Positions 1-13,083 of a stretch of DNA of 64,000 bases are shown one piece after another. The stretch lies in the NCBI GenBank assembly GCA_963772995.1, contig CAVYZQ010000013.1, forward strand, positions 78,866-142,865, in the 5' to 3' direction. The first letter of the stretch is position 1. Each line of letters begins with the position of its first letter. Origin of the DNA: an uncultured Chloroflexia bacterium. GTDB lineage: Bacteria > Chloroflexota > Limnocylindria > Limnocylindrales > CSP1-4. Both the position numbers and the translations under genes were made by a program. A model generated the notes under the pieces. It made no database searches and had not been told where the DNA came from. It saw nothing but the letters and a program-made list of their open reading frames with translations.

Positions 1-3000
1 CCTGATCGTCTTTGGTCCAGGGGTGGCATACGGGTGGCTGCCGCTGCAGACTCCGGCCGCGACGATCCCGGCGGACGATGTGCCGTCGCCCCACGCGATC
101 GAGCATGTGTGCGAATCGTTCGACCCTGCGTCGGTGAGTCTTGCCGACACGGTGAGGGTGGCGGAGGTTCTGGCGCCGTCGGCCGGGCTGGTGATGTCGA
201 CCGTCGGCGGGGCGTTGGCGATGACGAGGTCGACCGACTCCGAGACCGGCGGGTTGACCCCGTCGTCGGCGGTCAGGGTCAGGCCGGACGGTGCCGTCGT
301 CGGTGCAGCTGATGGTCGTGTCGAGGGCGTGGACGTCACCGAACGCGCAGGCCATCCCGGCGTCGGTCCCGGCGCCCGGGGTGTACGCCCAGGTCTGGGT
401 CAGCGTGTCGGTCGCGGGCTCGTTGACGATCGTGCCGTGGAGCGCGATGGCGCTGCCCTCGCCCCCGGCCGGCGACGGGTAGGTGCCGGGGTCGGGATCG
501 GGCGGCGGGTTGGGCGTGCCGCTGACGTCGATGGTGACGGTGTCGATGGCGCTGCCGCCGTCGTCGTCGGTGACGGTCACGGTGATCGTCCGGAGACCGG
601 CCGCGAGGTAGGTGTGGTCGGCGCTGCAGGCGCCGCCCGCGATGACGCCGCTCGAGGCCGGTGCCCCGTCGCCCCAGTCGACGGTGCAGGCGAGGCTGTC
701 GTTGGCACCCGGGTCGCCGACCGCCGCCGACAGGCCGAGGCTCGTCCCGGCCGCGACGCTCGCGCCGTCGGCCGGGCTGGTGATGTCGACCGTCGGCGGG
801 GCGTTGGCGATGACGAGGTCGACCGACTCCGGGACCGGCGGGTTGACCCCGTCGTCGGCGGTCAGGGTCAGGCCGGACGGTGCCGTCGTCGGTGCAGCTG
901 ATGGTCGTGTCGAGGGCGTGGACGTCACCGAACGCGCAGGCCATCCCGGCGTCGGTCCCGACGCCCGGGGTGTACGCCCAGGTCTGGGTCAGCGTGTCGG
1001 TCGCGGGCTCGTTGACGATCGTGCCGTGGAGCGCGATGGCGCTGCCCTCGCCCCCGGCCGGCGACGGGTAGGTGCCGGGGTCGGGATCGGGCGGCGGGTT
1101 GGGCGTGCCGCTGACGTCGATGGTGACGGTGTCGATGGCGCTGCCGCCGTCGTCGTCGGTGACGGTCACGGTGATCGTCCGGAGACCGGCCGCGAGGTAG
1201 GTGTGGTCGGCGCGTGCAGGCGCCGCCCGCGATGACGCCGCTCGAGGCCGGTGCCCCGTCGCCCCAGTCGACGGTGCAGGCGAGGCTGTCGTTGGCACCC
1301 GGGTCGCCGACCGCCGCCGACAGGCCGAGGCTCGTCCCGGCCGCGACGCTCGCGCCGTCGGCCGGGCTGGTGATGTCGACCGTCGGCGGGGCGTTGGCGA
1401 TGACGAGGTCGACCGAGTCCGAGACCGGCGGGTTGACCCCGTCGTCGGCGGTCAGGGTCAGCCGTGACGGTGCCGTCGTCGGTGCAGGCTGATGGTCGTG
1501 TCGAGGGCGTGGACGTCACCGAACGCGCAGGTCATCCCGGCGTCGGTCCCGACGCCCGGGGTGTACGCCCAGGTCTGGGTGAGCGATGTCGGTCGCGGGC
1601 TCGTTCGACGACGTGCCGTGGAGCGCGATGGGCGCTGCCCTCGCCCCCGGCCGGCGACAGGTAGGTGCCGGGGTCGGGATCGGGCGGCGGGTTGAGCGGC
1701 CGCCGACGGGAACGTCGACCCTCGGCGATGTTCGAGTCGAGGTGGCCGTCCGTTGACCCGGAACGTGAAGCTGTCGCTGACGGACATCGCGGTGTAGTCG
1801 ACGGTCGCGATGCAGGTGACGCCATCGCCCACGGACGGTGCACGATGCCGTTCCGAGCGGGCCGAGACTGCCGACGCCGGGCAGGTCGACGATCGCGAAT
1901 GTCAGGTTCGGACCGTCGACGTCGGTCGCGGTCAGCGTGATGGTCCGCGTCGTCCCGGCAGGGACCTCCGGCGCCACGACCTGTGCGACCGCGACCGGCG
2001 GATCGTTGACCGGCGTGACCACGATCGCGACGTTGGCCGAAGCCTCCTGCGTCCCGTCGCTGATCGTGTACGTGAAGCCGTCGGTCCCGTAGAAATCGTG
2101 GTCAGGCTGATAGAGGACCGTGTCGTCGGTGGGGTCGCCGGGCGTCCCGGCGTCATCGATCGATGCCGTGCCGTGGTCGGGATCGGACACCCGGACGATG
2201 GACAGCGTTGCGACGCCATCGGGATCGCGTGTCGTTGTCGAGGACGTCGATCCGGGTCGGATCCGCGTCCTCCGCGAGGGTCGCCTGGTCGTCGATCGCC
2301 GTGGGCGTGCCGACATGCTGCTGGAGCACGCTCGAGGTCGAGCCCGTGAACGATGCGTCCCCGTTGTAGCGGGCCGTGATGTCGTGGACGCCGGCCGTCA
2401 ATGTCGAGGTCGCAAGGGTCGCGCTTCCGCCATTGAGCGTCGCGCTGCCGAGCTCGGTCGTCCCGTCGAGGAACGTCACGGTGCCGCCCGGAATGCCAGC
2501 CGAGGATTCGACGGGTGCGACCGTGGCTGTGAACGTCACCGCCGCACCGACAGCCGACGGAGTCGACGTCGGAGGTCACAGCCGTCGTCGTCGCGGCGCT
2601 GGTCACGACCTGGGTGAGCATCGGTGAGGTGCCGGTCGAGCCGGCAAGGCCGTCGCTTCCGACGAAGGAGGCGACCATCGGATGGCTGCCCGCGGCGAGA
2701 GCATCGGTCGTGAGGCGTGCGGTCCCGAAGGTGAGCGGGACGGTGCCGATCGAGGTGCCGTCGTCGAGGAAGGTCACCTGGCCGGTCGGCAGCCCGAGCC
2801 CGGGGGCTGACACCGTGGCCGTGAAGGTCACGGGCTGCCCGTGCGATGACGGGTTGGGCGTCGACCGCAGCCCGACGACCAGCAGGACTTCGTCGAGGCC
2901 GATGTGCACGGTCGCCGTGTCGTCGCCGCCGTGGCCGTCGACGATCTTGTAGTCGAACGAGTCATTCGCGGCCGGACCTGGTGACCGCGTGTAGATGCAA

Positions 3001-6000
3001 CCCTGGGCGTCGCATTCGACGGTGCCGTGGGCCGTCGCGACCGGCCCGTGCACGACGACGCTGATCGGGTCGCTTTCGGGATCGGTGTCGTTCGAGCGGA
3101 CATTGATGAACGACGGTGCGAGGCTGCCGCCCACGTTGTAGAAATCATCGAGAGCGTCAGGGTCGCGATTCGCGACCACGTCGACCGTGACAGTCGTGGT
3201 CGCGCTCGCGCCGCGACTGTCGGTGATCGTGTAGTGGAAGACGTCCTGGCCCGACGAAGCCGTCCGCGGCGTGTACTGGCAGATGCCGGTGAGCACGTTG
3301 CAGTCGACCGCTCCGGTGGTCCCGGAGAGGTCGGCGACGAGCGCGACGATCGGGTCGCCGTCCGGGTCGGAATCATTCCCCAGGACGTCGATCGGATGCG
3401 GCACGGCACCGTGTGCGACCGCATGGTCCGGCGTGGCGTTCGGCGGCCGGTTGTCGAGCGTGACGGTGACCGTCGCCTCGTCCGACGCACCGAATCCGTC
3501 GGTCACCCGGTAGGTGAACGTGTCGACCAGCGGGAACGTGGTGTTGCCTGGCGGAGGCGTGTAGCGACAGACCCCTGAGCCAGGCTGGCTCGAACATGAC
3601 ACGTAGCCGTGCTTGCCCGTCTGCTCCTGGGGCGCGGGCGTCCAGGACACGATCCGGAGCGGATCATGCTCGGTGTCCTCGTCGTTTGCGATGACGTTGA
3701 TGTCCGTGGACACCGCCCGATAGATGGTTACTGCGTCATCCTTGGCATCGACCGGTGTATTAAGGGGGACCACCGTGATGGTCACCGTCGCCGTCGACGT
3801 CTCCCCTCCCAGGCCATCCGAGATCGTGTAGGTGAACGTGTCGTCGCCCAGGTAACCGGCCTGGGAGACATACGTGCAGGACGGTGCCTGCCGGAAGTCA
3901 CTCGACGGGCACGCCACGGTGCCGTGCTGCGCGGCTGTGCTGGCAACGATGGTCAACGGGTCGTGGTCGTCATCGGTGTCGTTTCCGAGGACATCGAAGA
4001 GCACGAGCTTGCCGGTCCGGGTCGTCACGGTGTCGTCGGAGGCCGTCGGGTCGCTGTTCGCCACGACCTGGACATGGACGGTCCCCACCGCCGTGTGGCC
4101 GTGCCCGTCCGAGATCACGTAGTCGATGTCGTCCGTGAACGGATAGACGCCGCCAGGCGCCGCCGGCGGCGTGTAGACGCAGCCGGACAGGCTGCAGCCG
4201 AGCCGGTCGCTCGATACGCTCACGAGGGTCAGCGGGTCTCGGTCCGGATCGTCATCGTTGGCGATCGGGTCGACAGTCGCCATTACCCGGCCGTGGGCGT
4301 GAACCTCGTCGGGGTTGGCGACTGGCGGACGATTGGTCTCGATGGTGATCTCAACCGACGCCTCGTCGGAGCCGGTCTTGCCGTCGGTCATGAGGTATGT
4401 GAACGTGTCGACGACCGGGAACGGACCCGCGTAGCCAGCACTCAGGGTGTAGGAGCAGGCGAAAACGGTACAAGTGACCGTGCCGAAGGTGCCGGCGGTG
4501 TGGCTGACGATTGCGGAGCTCGTCCTGGTCGGGATCGCTGTCGTTGCCCAGGACCAAGAGGTTCGCGGTCCGCGTGTCAACGGTGTCAGCTTTGTCGTCG
4601 AGCGCCGTGGGCGGTCCGTTCTCCGTGATCGCGATGGTGACCGTGGCGGTCGCGTGGCCGCCTCGACCGTCACTGATCGTGTAGGTGAAGCTGTCCGTGC
4701 CGGAGGCTCCGTCAGTCGGGGTGTATCGGCAGGCGTCCTCGCACACCACCGTGCCTTGGCTGGCCTGTGTCCAATCGTCGAGATAGACCGGGTCGTGGTC
4801 GGGGTCGCTGTCGTTCTGGATCGGGCTGATCACGACGCTGTTCCTGGTCGAAACGTGCGCCGGGTCGTCGACCGCCACGGGCGGGCGGTTCTGGAGCATC
4901 GCGACATGGACGGTCGCGACATCGGAGCCACCATTCCCGTCACTGACCCGGTACGTGAAGCTGTCCTCGCCGAAGAAGCCCTGGGGCGCGCTGTAGGAGC
5001 AGGTCGTCAGACCACAGGTGACGACGCCCTCGTGGGCCGACGTCTCGAGGGCCACCGACAGCCGGTCAAAATCGGGGTCCGTGTCATTGGCGGTCACGTC
5101 GATCTGTGTCGGGTGGCCGAATTGCGCCGTGCCCCGATCGTCTTCTGCGTGCGGCGGAAGGTTCTTCAGGAGGGTGATCTGGACGTCCGCGGTGTCGAAG
5201 AGGCCCCGGCCGTCGCCGATCGGTGTAGCTGAACGAGGTGTGCAGGGGATACGGCCCGTCGAATCCGGCCGGCGGGACGTACCGGCAATCGGCGGCGCCG
5301 CACTCGACCGAGCCGATCGAGGGGTCGGTGTGGCCGGTCAGGGTCGACCGGGTCCTCGTCGGGATCCCGGTCATTGACGAGCATTGCGAGTGACTCCGTT
5401 GGAATTCCATGCAGGACGACTTCGTCATCGCCAGCCGATGGGGGCCGTCCGGGGTCACCGTCACGCTGACGGTCGCCGTGGCGCGGCCGTTGTCGGTGTC
5501 GAGAGGCGCCCCGTGGCTGTCGTAGATCGTGTAGGTGAATGCGTCCGGTCCGGTGTAATCGGGCTCGGCCGCATAGGCGCAGCGCCACGGGAAGGCCCGG
5601 CTCGGGCGGATAGCACTCGACGTGCCCGTGAGCGGGCTGGGTCCAGCTCTCGATCAGCAACGGATCGAGGTCGGCATCGGAGTCGTTGGGCAACGGGGCT
5701 ACGAGTCCGGTGGCGCTGTACCCGGGCAACACGCCAGGCGCCGTCATCGCGTCGTCGCGTGCGGACGGATTCAGGTTCGCCCTGACGGTCACGATGACCG
5801 TGGCCGTGGCGGTCCCACCGTGCCCATCGTCAATGCGGTACGTGAAGCTGTCGTCGAACGGGAAGACGCCCGGACCTCTGGGCTGATCGCCGGCGGCAGA
5901 TAGAGGCAGGCGCCGCCGAAACATTGCGCACGGCCATATGCCGGATCCGTCAGGAGGCTCACGCCGAGGCCGTCGCCCTCGGGATCCCGGTCGTTGGCGG

Positions 6001-9000
6001 TCACGTCGATGGCCGTGTCGCCGGTGCCGTGGGCTTCGCCGATGTCGTCGAGCGCCACCGGGGGGCGGTTGACTGCCACCGTGACCGTGACGCTCGCCCT
6101 CGCGCTCCCTCCATGACCATCGTCGATCTGGTAGTCGAAGCTGTCGCCGCCGGTGAACCCGGCGTCAGGGGTGTAGGAGCACGTCGTCCCCACAGGAGAC
6201 CTGGCCGTGGGCCGCGAACGGGGAGACCGGGACCGCCGTCAGCTTGTCGCCATCCGGGTCGCGGTCGTTGAACAACACGTCGATCGACTGCGATGCGGTC
6301 CCGTGCGCGACGGCGGTGTCATTTTCGGCTGTCGGCGCGCCGTTCTCGAACACCCGGATGAAGACCGTGGCCCGCGCGGTGCCCCCGTGACCGTCACCGA
6401 CGGTGTAGGTGAACTCGTCGGTGTAGGTCGGTTCGCCGACGGCGTGTAGGTGCAGTCGCCCGGGCCGCAGTGGACCCGACCGCCACGGTCGTCGAACGAG
6501 ATGATCGGTCAGCGGATCGTCGTCGATGTCGGTGTCGTTGCGCAGGACATGGATCGTGACCGCGCCGGTCCCGTGGGTCGCGCCCCCGATCGTCGACGGC
6601 ATACGGCCGGTGGTTCGGCTCGGCGTTGACGACGATCGTGAAGGTCTGGGAATCGGACGCGGACCCGTCGGACACGGAGACCTCGATGTCCGGGTACGAG
6701 CCCGCGTCGCCGTCTGTCGGCGTGATCGTCAGGTAGCCGGTGCCGTCGCCGTTGTCGTGCGGTACAGCGAACGCCGGCAGCCGCGCCGACCCGAAGGTGA
6801 GCGTGTCTGGGTCGGCGTCGGTCGCGCTCAAGGGCACGACGCGGGACTCTCCGACCTGCATGAACAGGTCGGCGATCGGCGCCAGGACCGGAGGATGGTT
6901 CACGTCATCGTTGGTGATGGTGCCGCTCCCCTGGCCGTCGCCGAGCGTGGCGTTGACCGGCGCGGTCAGATCGACCGTGAACTCCTCGTCTTGCTCGATC
7001 TTCGTGTCCCCGTTGACAGAGACAGTGACGGTCTGGCTGAGCGGACCGCCGGGAGTGAACGACAGGTCGCCGCTGGCGGCGAGGTAGTCGTGGTCGGCAA
7101 GGGTCGCCGAACCGTCGTGAGTCGCCCAGTGGACCGTGACCGGGTCGGCGGCGGCATGGTCGAGGCTGACCGTGAAGGTGAACGGCGTGGTCCCGCCATC
7201 GCCCTCGGGATGGGCCTGATCGTCGATCGAGACGGTCGGCGGTGGCGGCGGAACGTCCTTGATCGTGATCGTTCACGGTGTCGCTGCCCGGGCCGCCGTC
7301 GTCATCGGTCGCGGTGACCTCGATGGTGTAGTCGAAGGCGGCCGCGTAGGCGTGGCTGCCGTTGCAGATGCCGGCGTCGACGGTGCCTGTCGTGGTGGTC
7401 CCGTCGCCCCAGGCGATGGCGCAGCTCTCGCTGTCGTTCGTCCCGGGATCGGTGATCGTGGCCGAAACGTCGACTGTGGTCCCCGACGAGGAACTCGCGC
7501 CGTCCGCCGGCGCCGCGATGTCGACGTGCGGGTCGCGGTTGGCCAGGACGAGCGTCAGCGGGTCACTGACTGGCGGGTTGGTCCCGTCGGCGCGGTGAGC
7601 GTCAGCGTCCAGGTCCCGTCATCCGTACAGGTGACTGTTGTGATCTGCAGCGGTCGCATCGGCGAAGGAACAGACCGCGGAGCGCATCGATGTCCGCGAC
7701 CTGGGCGAAGCTGTCCAGAGCGTGGTGATCGGTTCCGTGTCGGTCGCGCTCCCCGACAACGGCACCGCTGCGCCCTCGCCGACTCCGGCGGGCGCTGTCC
7801 CGGCGTGAACCTCCGGCGGCGGGTTCGTCGTGTTCGTGACCGTGATGCCGACCGAGTCGCTGCCGGTGCCGCCGTCGTCGTCCGTCGCTGTGACGCTGAT
7901 AGTCCTCGGGCCCGGTGCTGCGTACGAATGACTGCCGGCGCACGTTCCGAACGTGACCGTACCCGGTACGGCGGCGCTATCACCCCAGTCGATCGTGCAG
8001 GTGTGGCTGTCGTTGGAACCGGGGTCGTCGATCGTCGCCGAGACGGCGACACTCACGCCGAGGTCGAACGACTGATCTGTCGAGGGCGTCGTCACGGCCA
8101 CTGTGGGGTCGACGTTCGCGACGGTGAGGCTGGTCGTGTCGGTCACGGTCGTGTTGACGCCGTCCGACACGAAGATCGTCAGGAGGTACGTGCCATCATC
8201 GGTGCAGGTGACCTCGGGATCCGCCGAGCCCGACGGGAAGAACGAGCAGGACGCTCCCGGGTCTGTGCCCGCGCCGCCGGTTGCGCTCCAGCCGATCGAC
8301 GGAGCGGGATTCTCCGCGTCGGACGCGGCGCCGTCCAGCTGGATCGGGCTGCCCTCGGCGCCAGACGCGGTGGGGCCCGCGTCGGCCATCGGCAGATGGT
8401 CGATCTCGTCGTCGTTGATCCTGACGGTCGTCGTCGCGGGTGTCCCGAGAGTCGCCCCACCCGCTGGATCGTCCAGTGTGATGGTGAAGTCCTCGGGGCC
8501 CTCCAGGACGGCGTCGGGCAGGATCGCGACGGTGATCGTTCGCGACGTCTCGTCGCCGTCGGGCCAGTCCAACGTGCCGTTTGCGGCCGTGAAGTCCAGG
8601 CCGTCGGTCGCCGAGCCGCTCGCCATCGAGTAGTGGACCGAGACCGCCCCGGTCAGACCGCCGACGCGGTCAACTTCGATCGCGACTGAGCCGTCGGACT
8701 CGCCGACCGCGTGGAAGCTGGACGTGAAGCGCAACTCGCCGGGTCCCGGCACGTCGTCGTCGTAGATCGTCCCGAAGGCGGAGCCAAAGAAGCCGAACTG
8801 GTAGTCGAAGCCGATGGTGGCGCCGACAGCGTTCGACAGCTGGAGGTACATGGCCTCCAATTCGCCCTCGTCGCGGCTGTCGCCGTGGGTCGTGACGACG
8901 ACGTCCTTGACCTGCTGGCCGGGGGTGAACGTCAGCGTCGTCAACGGGATGGCGTCGTAGTCGCCGTCGGCGACCGTGGCAGCGTTGTCGAACGACTGGA

Positions 9001-11092
9001 CGTCGACGCTGACCGTCGAGGTGGCCGGCCGATCGAGCACCACCGCGAAGTGGAGCGCTCCGGTGTCGCCGTCGCCGCCCTCGACGACCGAGGCGCGACC
9101 GACCCGGACCTCGGGCAGGGGGACCTCGGTGATGTCGTCGTCGTAGATCGTCCGAAGGCGAAGCCGAAGAAGCCGAACTGGTAGTCGAAGCCGATGGTGG
9201 CGCCGACAGCGTTCGACAGCTGGAGGTACATGGCCTCCAATTCGCCCTCGTCGCGGCTGTCGCCGTGGGTCGTGACGACGACGTCCTTGACCTGCTGGCC
9301 GGGGGTGAACGTCAGCGTCGTCAACGGGATGGCGTCGTAGTCGCCGTCGGCGACCGTGGCAGTGTTGTCGAACGACTGGACGTCGACGCTGACCGTCGAG
9401 GTGGCCGGCCGATCGAGCACCACCGCGAAGTGGAGCGCTCCGGTGTCGCCGTCGCCGCCCTCGACGACCGAGGCGCGACCGACCCGGACCTCGGGCAGGG
9501 GGACCTCGGTGATGTCGTCGTCGTAGATCGTCCCGAAGGCGAAGCCGAAGAAGCCGAACTGGTAGTCGAAGCCGATGGTGGCGCCGACAGCGTTCGACAG
9601 CTGGAGGTACATGGCCTCCAATTCGCCCTCGTCGCGGCTGTCGCCGTGGGTCGTGACGACGACGTCCTTGACCTGCTGGCCGGGGGTGAACGTGAGCGTC
9701 GTCAGCGGGAGGGCGTCGTAGTCGCCGTCGGCGACCGTGGCAGTGTTGTCGAACGACTGGACGTCGACGCTGACCGTCGAGGTGGCCGGCCGATCGAGCA
9801 CCACCGCGAAGTGGAGCGCTCCGGTGTCGCCGTCGCCGCCCTCGACGACCGAGGCGCGACCGACCCGGACCTCGGGCAGGGGGACCGAAACCGCGCCGTC
9901 ATCGTCCTGGATCCGGCCCTCGATGGCGGTTTCCGTGGCGCCGTTGCTGAAGTCGGCGCCCGCGGGTTGGTAAGGACGAGGTACAACGACTCGTAGTCGA
10001 ACTCATCGAGGGTGTCGCCCTCGACGGTCACGTCGACGACCTTGACGGTCGTGCCGGGGGCGAAGGTCACGGTCGTCAGCGGGCAGGGCGACATAGTCGT
10101 CGGGCGCGACCGCCGACCCGTCCTGGGTCTCGACGTCGACCGTGACCGGCGTCGTCAGGACCCGGTCGAGCGACAGCACGAAGTGCATCGTCGCCTGGCC
10201 GGCATCGCCCTCGACGACGGTCGCCAGCGGCGCCGACACGATGGGTATGGCGGGCGGGGTCTTGTCATCGTCCTGGATCCGGCCCTCGATGGCGGTTTCC
10301 GTGGCGCCGTTGCTGAAGTCGGCGCCCGACGGGTTGGTAAGGACGAGGTAGCAACGACTCGTAGTCGAACTCATCGAGGGTGTCGCCCTCGACGGTCACG
10401 TCGACGACCTTGACGGTCGTGCCGGGGGCGAAGGTCACGGTCGTCGGGGGCAGGGCGACATAGTCGTCGGGCGCGACCGCCGACCCGTCCTGGGTCTCGA
10501 CGTCGACCGTGACCGGCGTGGTCAGGACCCGGTCGAGCGACAGCACGAAGTGCATCGTCGCCTGGCCGGCATCGCCCTCGACGACGGTCGCCAGCGGCGC
10601 CGACACGATGGGTATGGCGGGCAGGGTCTTGTCATCGTCCTGGATCCGGCCCTCGATGGCGGTTTCCGTGGCGCCGTTGCTGAAGTCGGCGCCCGACGGG
10701 TTGGTAAGGACGAGGTACAACGACTCGTAGTCGAACTCATCGAGGGTGTCGCCCTCGACGGTCACGTCGACGACCTTGACGGTCGTGCCGGGGGCGAAGG
10801 TCACGGTCGTCAGGGGCAGGGCGACATAGTCGTCGGGCGCGACCGCCGACCCGTCCTGGGTCTCGACGTCGACCGTGACCGGCGTCGTCAGGACCCGGTC
10901 GAGCGACAGCACGAAGTGCATCGTCGCCTGGCCGGCATCGCCCTCGACGACGGTCGCCAGCGGCGCCGACACGATGGGTGTGGCGGGGCCGGCCGCAGCG
11001 ACTGAACGAGTCGACGCCGGCATCAACCCAGCGACCATGATGAACACGATGGCGAGGAACCACGACCGGCGGCGACGCGCGACGACCACCAA
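1..11092 (-). CDS. Giant secreted/surface multi-domain protein (Calx-beta, PKD, Ig-like and cadherin-like/Big_9 repeats); frameshifted, runs off the left edge
   Basis: SD GGAGGGAG before TTG/GTG at about 11092/11089; signal-peptide-like N-terminus (VVVARRRRSWFLAIVFIMVAGLMPASTRSVAAA); Calx-beta motifs (VVEGD...TQDGSA...DY...TVTFAPG); PKD motifs (CTIDWGD...HSY); many 'NDxDPDxD...DxFTYTISDG' repeats across consecutive ORF fragments. Confidence 0.85.
174..1690 (-). repeat. About 2.5 near-identical ~588-bp intragenic repeats (PKD-like module)
   Basis: GCGCCGTCGGCCGGGCTGGTGATGTCGACC recurs at about 174, 763 and 1352. Confidence 0.9.
8753..9885 (-). repeat. Three near-identical ~381-bp intragenic Calx-beta repeats (type B)
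   Basis: GTCGTCGTCGTAGATCGTCC recurs at about 8753, 9134 and 9514. Confidence 0.9.
9898..10985 (-). repeat. Three near-identical ~366-bp intragenic Calx-beta repeats (type A)
   Basis: GTCATCGTCCTGGATCCGGCCCTCGATGG recurs at about 9898, 10264 and 10631. Confidence 0.9.
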
Positions 11093-11553
11093 GCTCCCTC
11101 CCTGACGGTTGCTTTGACGGGCACGATCGAACGACTGGGCAGATCGGTCCGGGCAGGACCTGAGTCGAGCGGAGACCTCAACGGCGCCCGTCACGCCAAT
11201 ATCGTTGTCGGCGACCCTAGCAGGCGGGTGTCCGGAAATGGTGCGGTTTGCCACCAAAGTGGTGCGGGGCGTCAACATGTCGGTTCCGTCGATGTGAGCT
11301 GTCAGCTGGCGGATGGCTCCGGGCGTCATCCTCGGACGAGGGGCGGCACCGGGATTGGTTCCAGACCGTCATGATCCCGAGTCGTCCGCGGCGCAGACGA
11401 TAGTCGGGCGCGGCGTCGGCTGGTGAACTGCGAACGGGCCGCGAACCCAGTTCCGAGCGGTCGGCCTTCTCCCAGGATTCGCCCGTGCAGCTGTTCCTTG
11501 TCGCCTACCAGAGGCCGGTTCCGTCCGGGATCTCGGCCGGCCCGGATGTAGCC

Positions 11554-12396
11554 TCAGGCCGCCGGTGCCGCTGGGTAGCAGCCGAGCAGGCGGGCCATCG
11601 TCGTGACGGCGCTGAGCGTCTCGAACGCCCTGGCCGTGCCCGGGTCCGTCGTGTCGGCGTCAAGGTCGATCCAGAAAACGTACTCCCAGGCGCGTTCCCG
11701 GCTCGGGCGCGATTCGAGCTTGTGCATGTTCAGCCCATGGTCGGCGAAAACGCGAAGTACCGCGAGCAGCGTGCCGGGCTCGTTGCGGACGGCCACGACG
11801 AGGGTGGTGCGGCGGGACGAGCCGGCCACCGCGAGCTCGAGCGGCGGTGCGTCAGGGCGGGCGACCACCACGAAACGCGTCCGGTTGCCGGGGAGGTCGC
11901 CGATATCGTCGGCCAGGATCTCGAGACGGAACAGCCCCGCGGCCCGGGGCGAGAGTACGGCCGCAGCCCCGCGCTCGCGCCCGTCGGCGATGGCCTTGCC
12001 AGCCCCCGCCGTGTTGTACGTGGTGAGGAGCTGCCACGGCCGGCGCCGGAGGAACCGCTCGGCCTGACCGAGCGCCTGGATGTGGGAGTAGACGCGCTCG
12101 ATGTCGTCGAGCCGCTCGCCCGGCAGGGCCGCCAGACAGAGGCTGACAGGGACTACCACCTCGCCGCGGATCTCCAGGTCGTGCTCGAGGAGCAGGTCGT
12201 AGTTCTCACGGACCGTCCCGTTGATGACGTTCTCGATCGGGATGACGCCGGCGGCCGCCTCGCCGTCGGTGACCGCGGCGAAGACCGCCCGAAAGCTGCC
12301 ATGCGGCGCGCGCGGCACGTCCCCGAACGCCGCGAGGACCGCGTCCTCGGCAAAGGCACCAGGCTCCCCGGCGTAGGCGATCGGGTGGGTCTCCAT
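11554..12396 (-). CDS. pheA: Prephenate dehydratase
   Basis: IAYAGEPGAFAE, PIENVING, VYSHIQALGQ, NRTRF, ACT domain with KLESRPS...WEYVFWID. Confidence 0.9.
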   Translation of the reverse strand: METHPIAYAGEPGAFAEDAVLAAFGDVPRAPHGSFRAVFAAVTDGEAAAGVIPIENVINGTVRENYDLLLEHDLEIRGEVVVPVSLCLAALPGERLDDIERVYSHIQALGQAERFLRRRPWQLLTTYNTAGAGKAIADGRERGAAAVLSPRAAGLFRLEILADDIGDLPGNRTRFVVVARPDAPPLELAVAGSSRRTTLVVAVRNEPGTLLAVLRVFADHGLNMHKLESRPSRERAWEYVFWIDLDADTTDPGTARAFETLSAVTTMARLLGCYPAAPAA

Positions 12397-12534
12397 GGCG
12401 CTGGCGAGTCTAACGCCCCGCCGACCCGTCGCCGAATGCGGGCCGGTCGCCGGCCGCCTCCCGCCGCAGCGGGCGAACCCTGCCGCAGCCCCAGCCAACA
12501 GCCGCAACGGGCGAAACCCTACCGCGGCCGCAGC

Positions 12535-13078
12535 CTACCGCTCGAACCAGGCGACGGTATCCGGGAGCCCCTCGTCCTCGTCGATCGCGGCGCGTTGGTC
12601 GCGCGCGGTGCCGGCCGACACCGTCGCGCGCTTCCGGTTCCCGGCGGCATCGGTGGCGCCCGACCAGTGCTCTTCGGCGAGCAGCTCGTTCAGGGCCAGG
12701 ATGTAGGCCTCGATCGAGGCCGCGATGATGTTCGAGTCCCTCGCCTCGCCGGCGTACTCGCCCGTACCGCGCTCGCCCTCACCGGCAGGCGGCGCGATCC
12801 GCACGGTGACCGCTCCGATCGTGTCTGTCCCCTCCCCCAGCGCGTGGATGTCGTACGCGAGGAGGCGTGGATGACCCGGACAGGACGCCCGCCAGCGCCT
12901 TGTCGACGGCCCGATACAGGGCGTCGATCGCGCCGTTGCCGTCCGCCGACGCCCGCCATTCGTGGTCGTCGGAGGCGATGACGACCGCGCCGCGACTTCG
13001 GATGTTCGAGCCGGACGTGACCGTCCATCGAGCGAGGGTGAGCGTCGGTCGCTCGGTCGTGGCGGTCAAGTCGGTCAT
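12535..13078 (-). CDS. Stand-alone LeuA/CimA allosteric (regulatory) domain protein; one frameshift near 12870
   Basis: GNGAIDALYRAVDKAL...YDIHALGEGTDTIGAVTV...NIIAASIEAYILALN parallels the C-terminal domain of the leuA in this window; SD GGAGG upstream. Confidence 0.75.
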
Positions 13079-13083
13079 GTCGG

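Noticed and set aside
11200-11270. c-di-GMP-I riboswitch upstream of the giant gene (minus-strand GGCAAACC)
   Set aside because: No GAAA-capped P2 stem or GACGCAAAG segment follows; an Infernal search would settle it.
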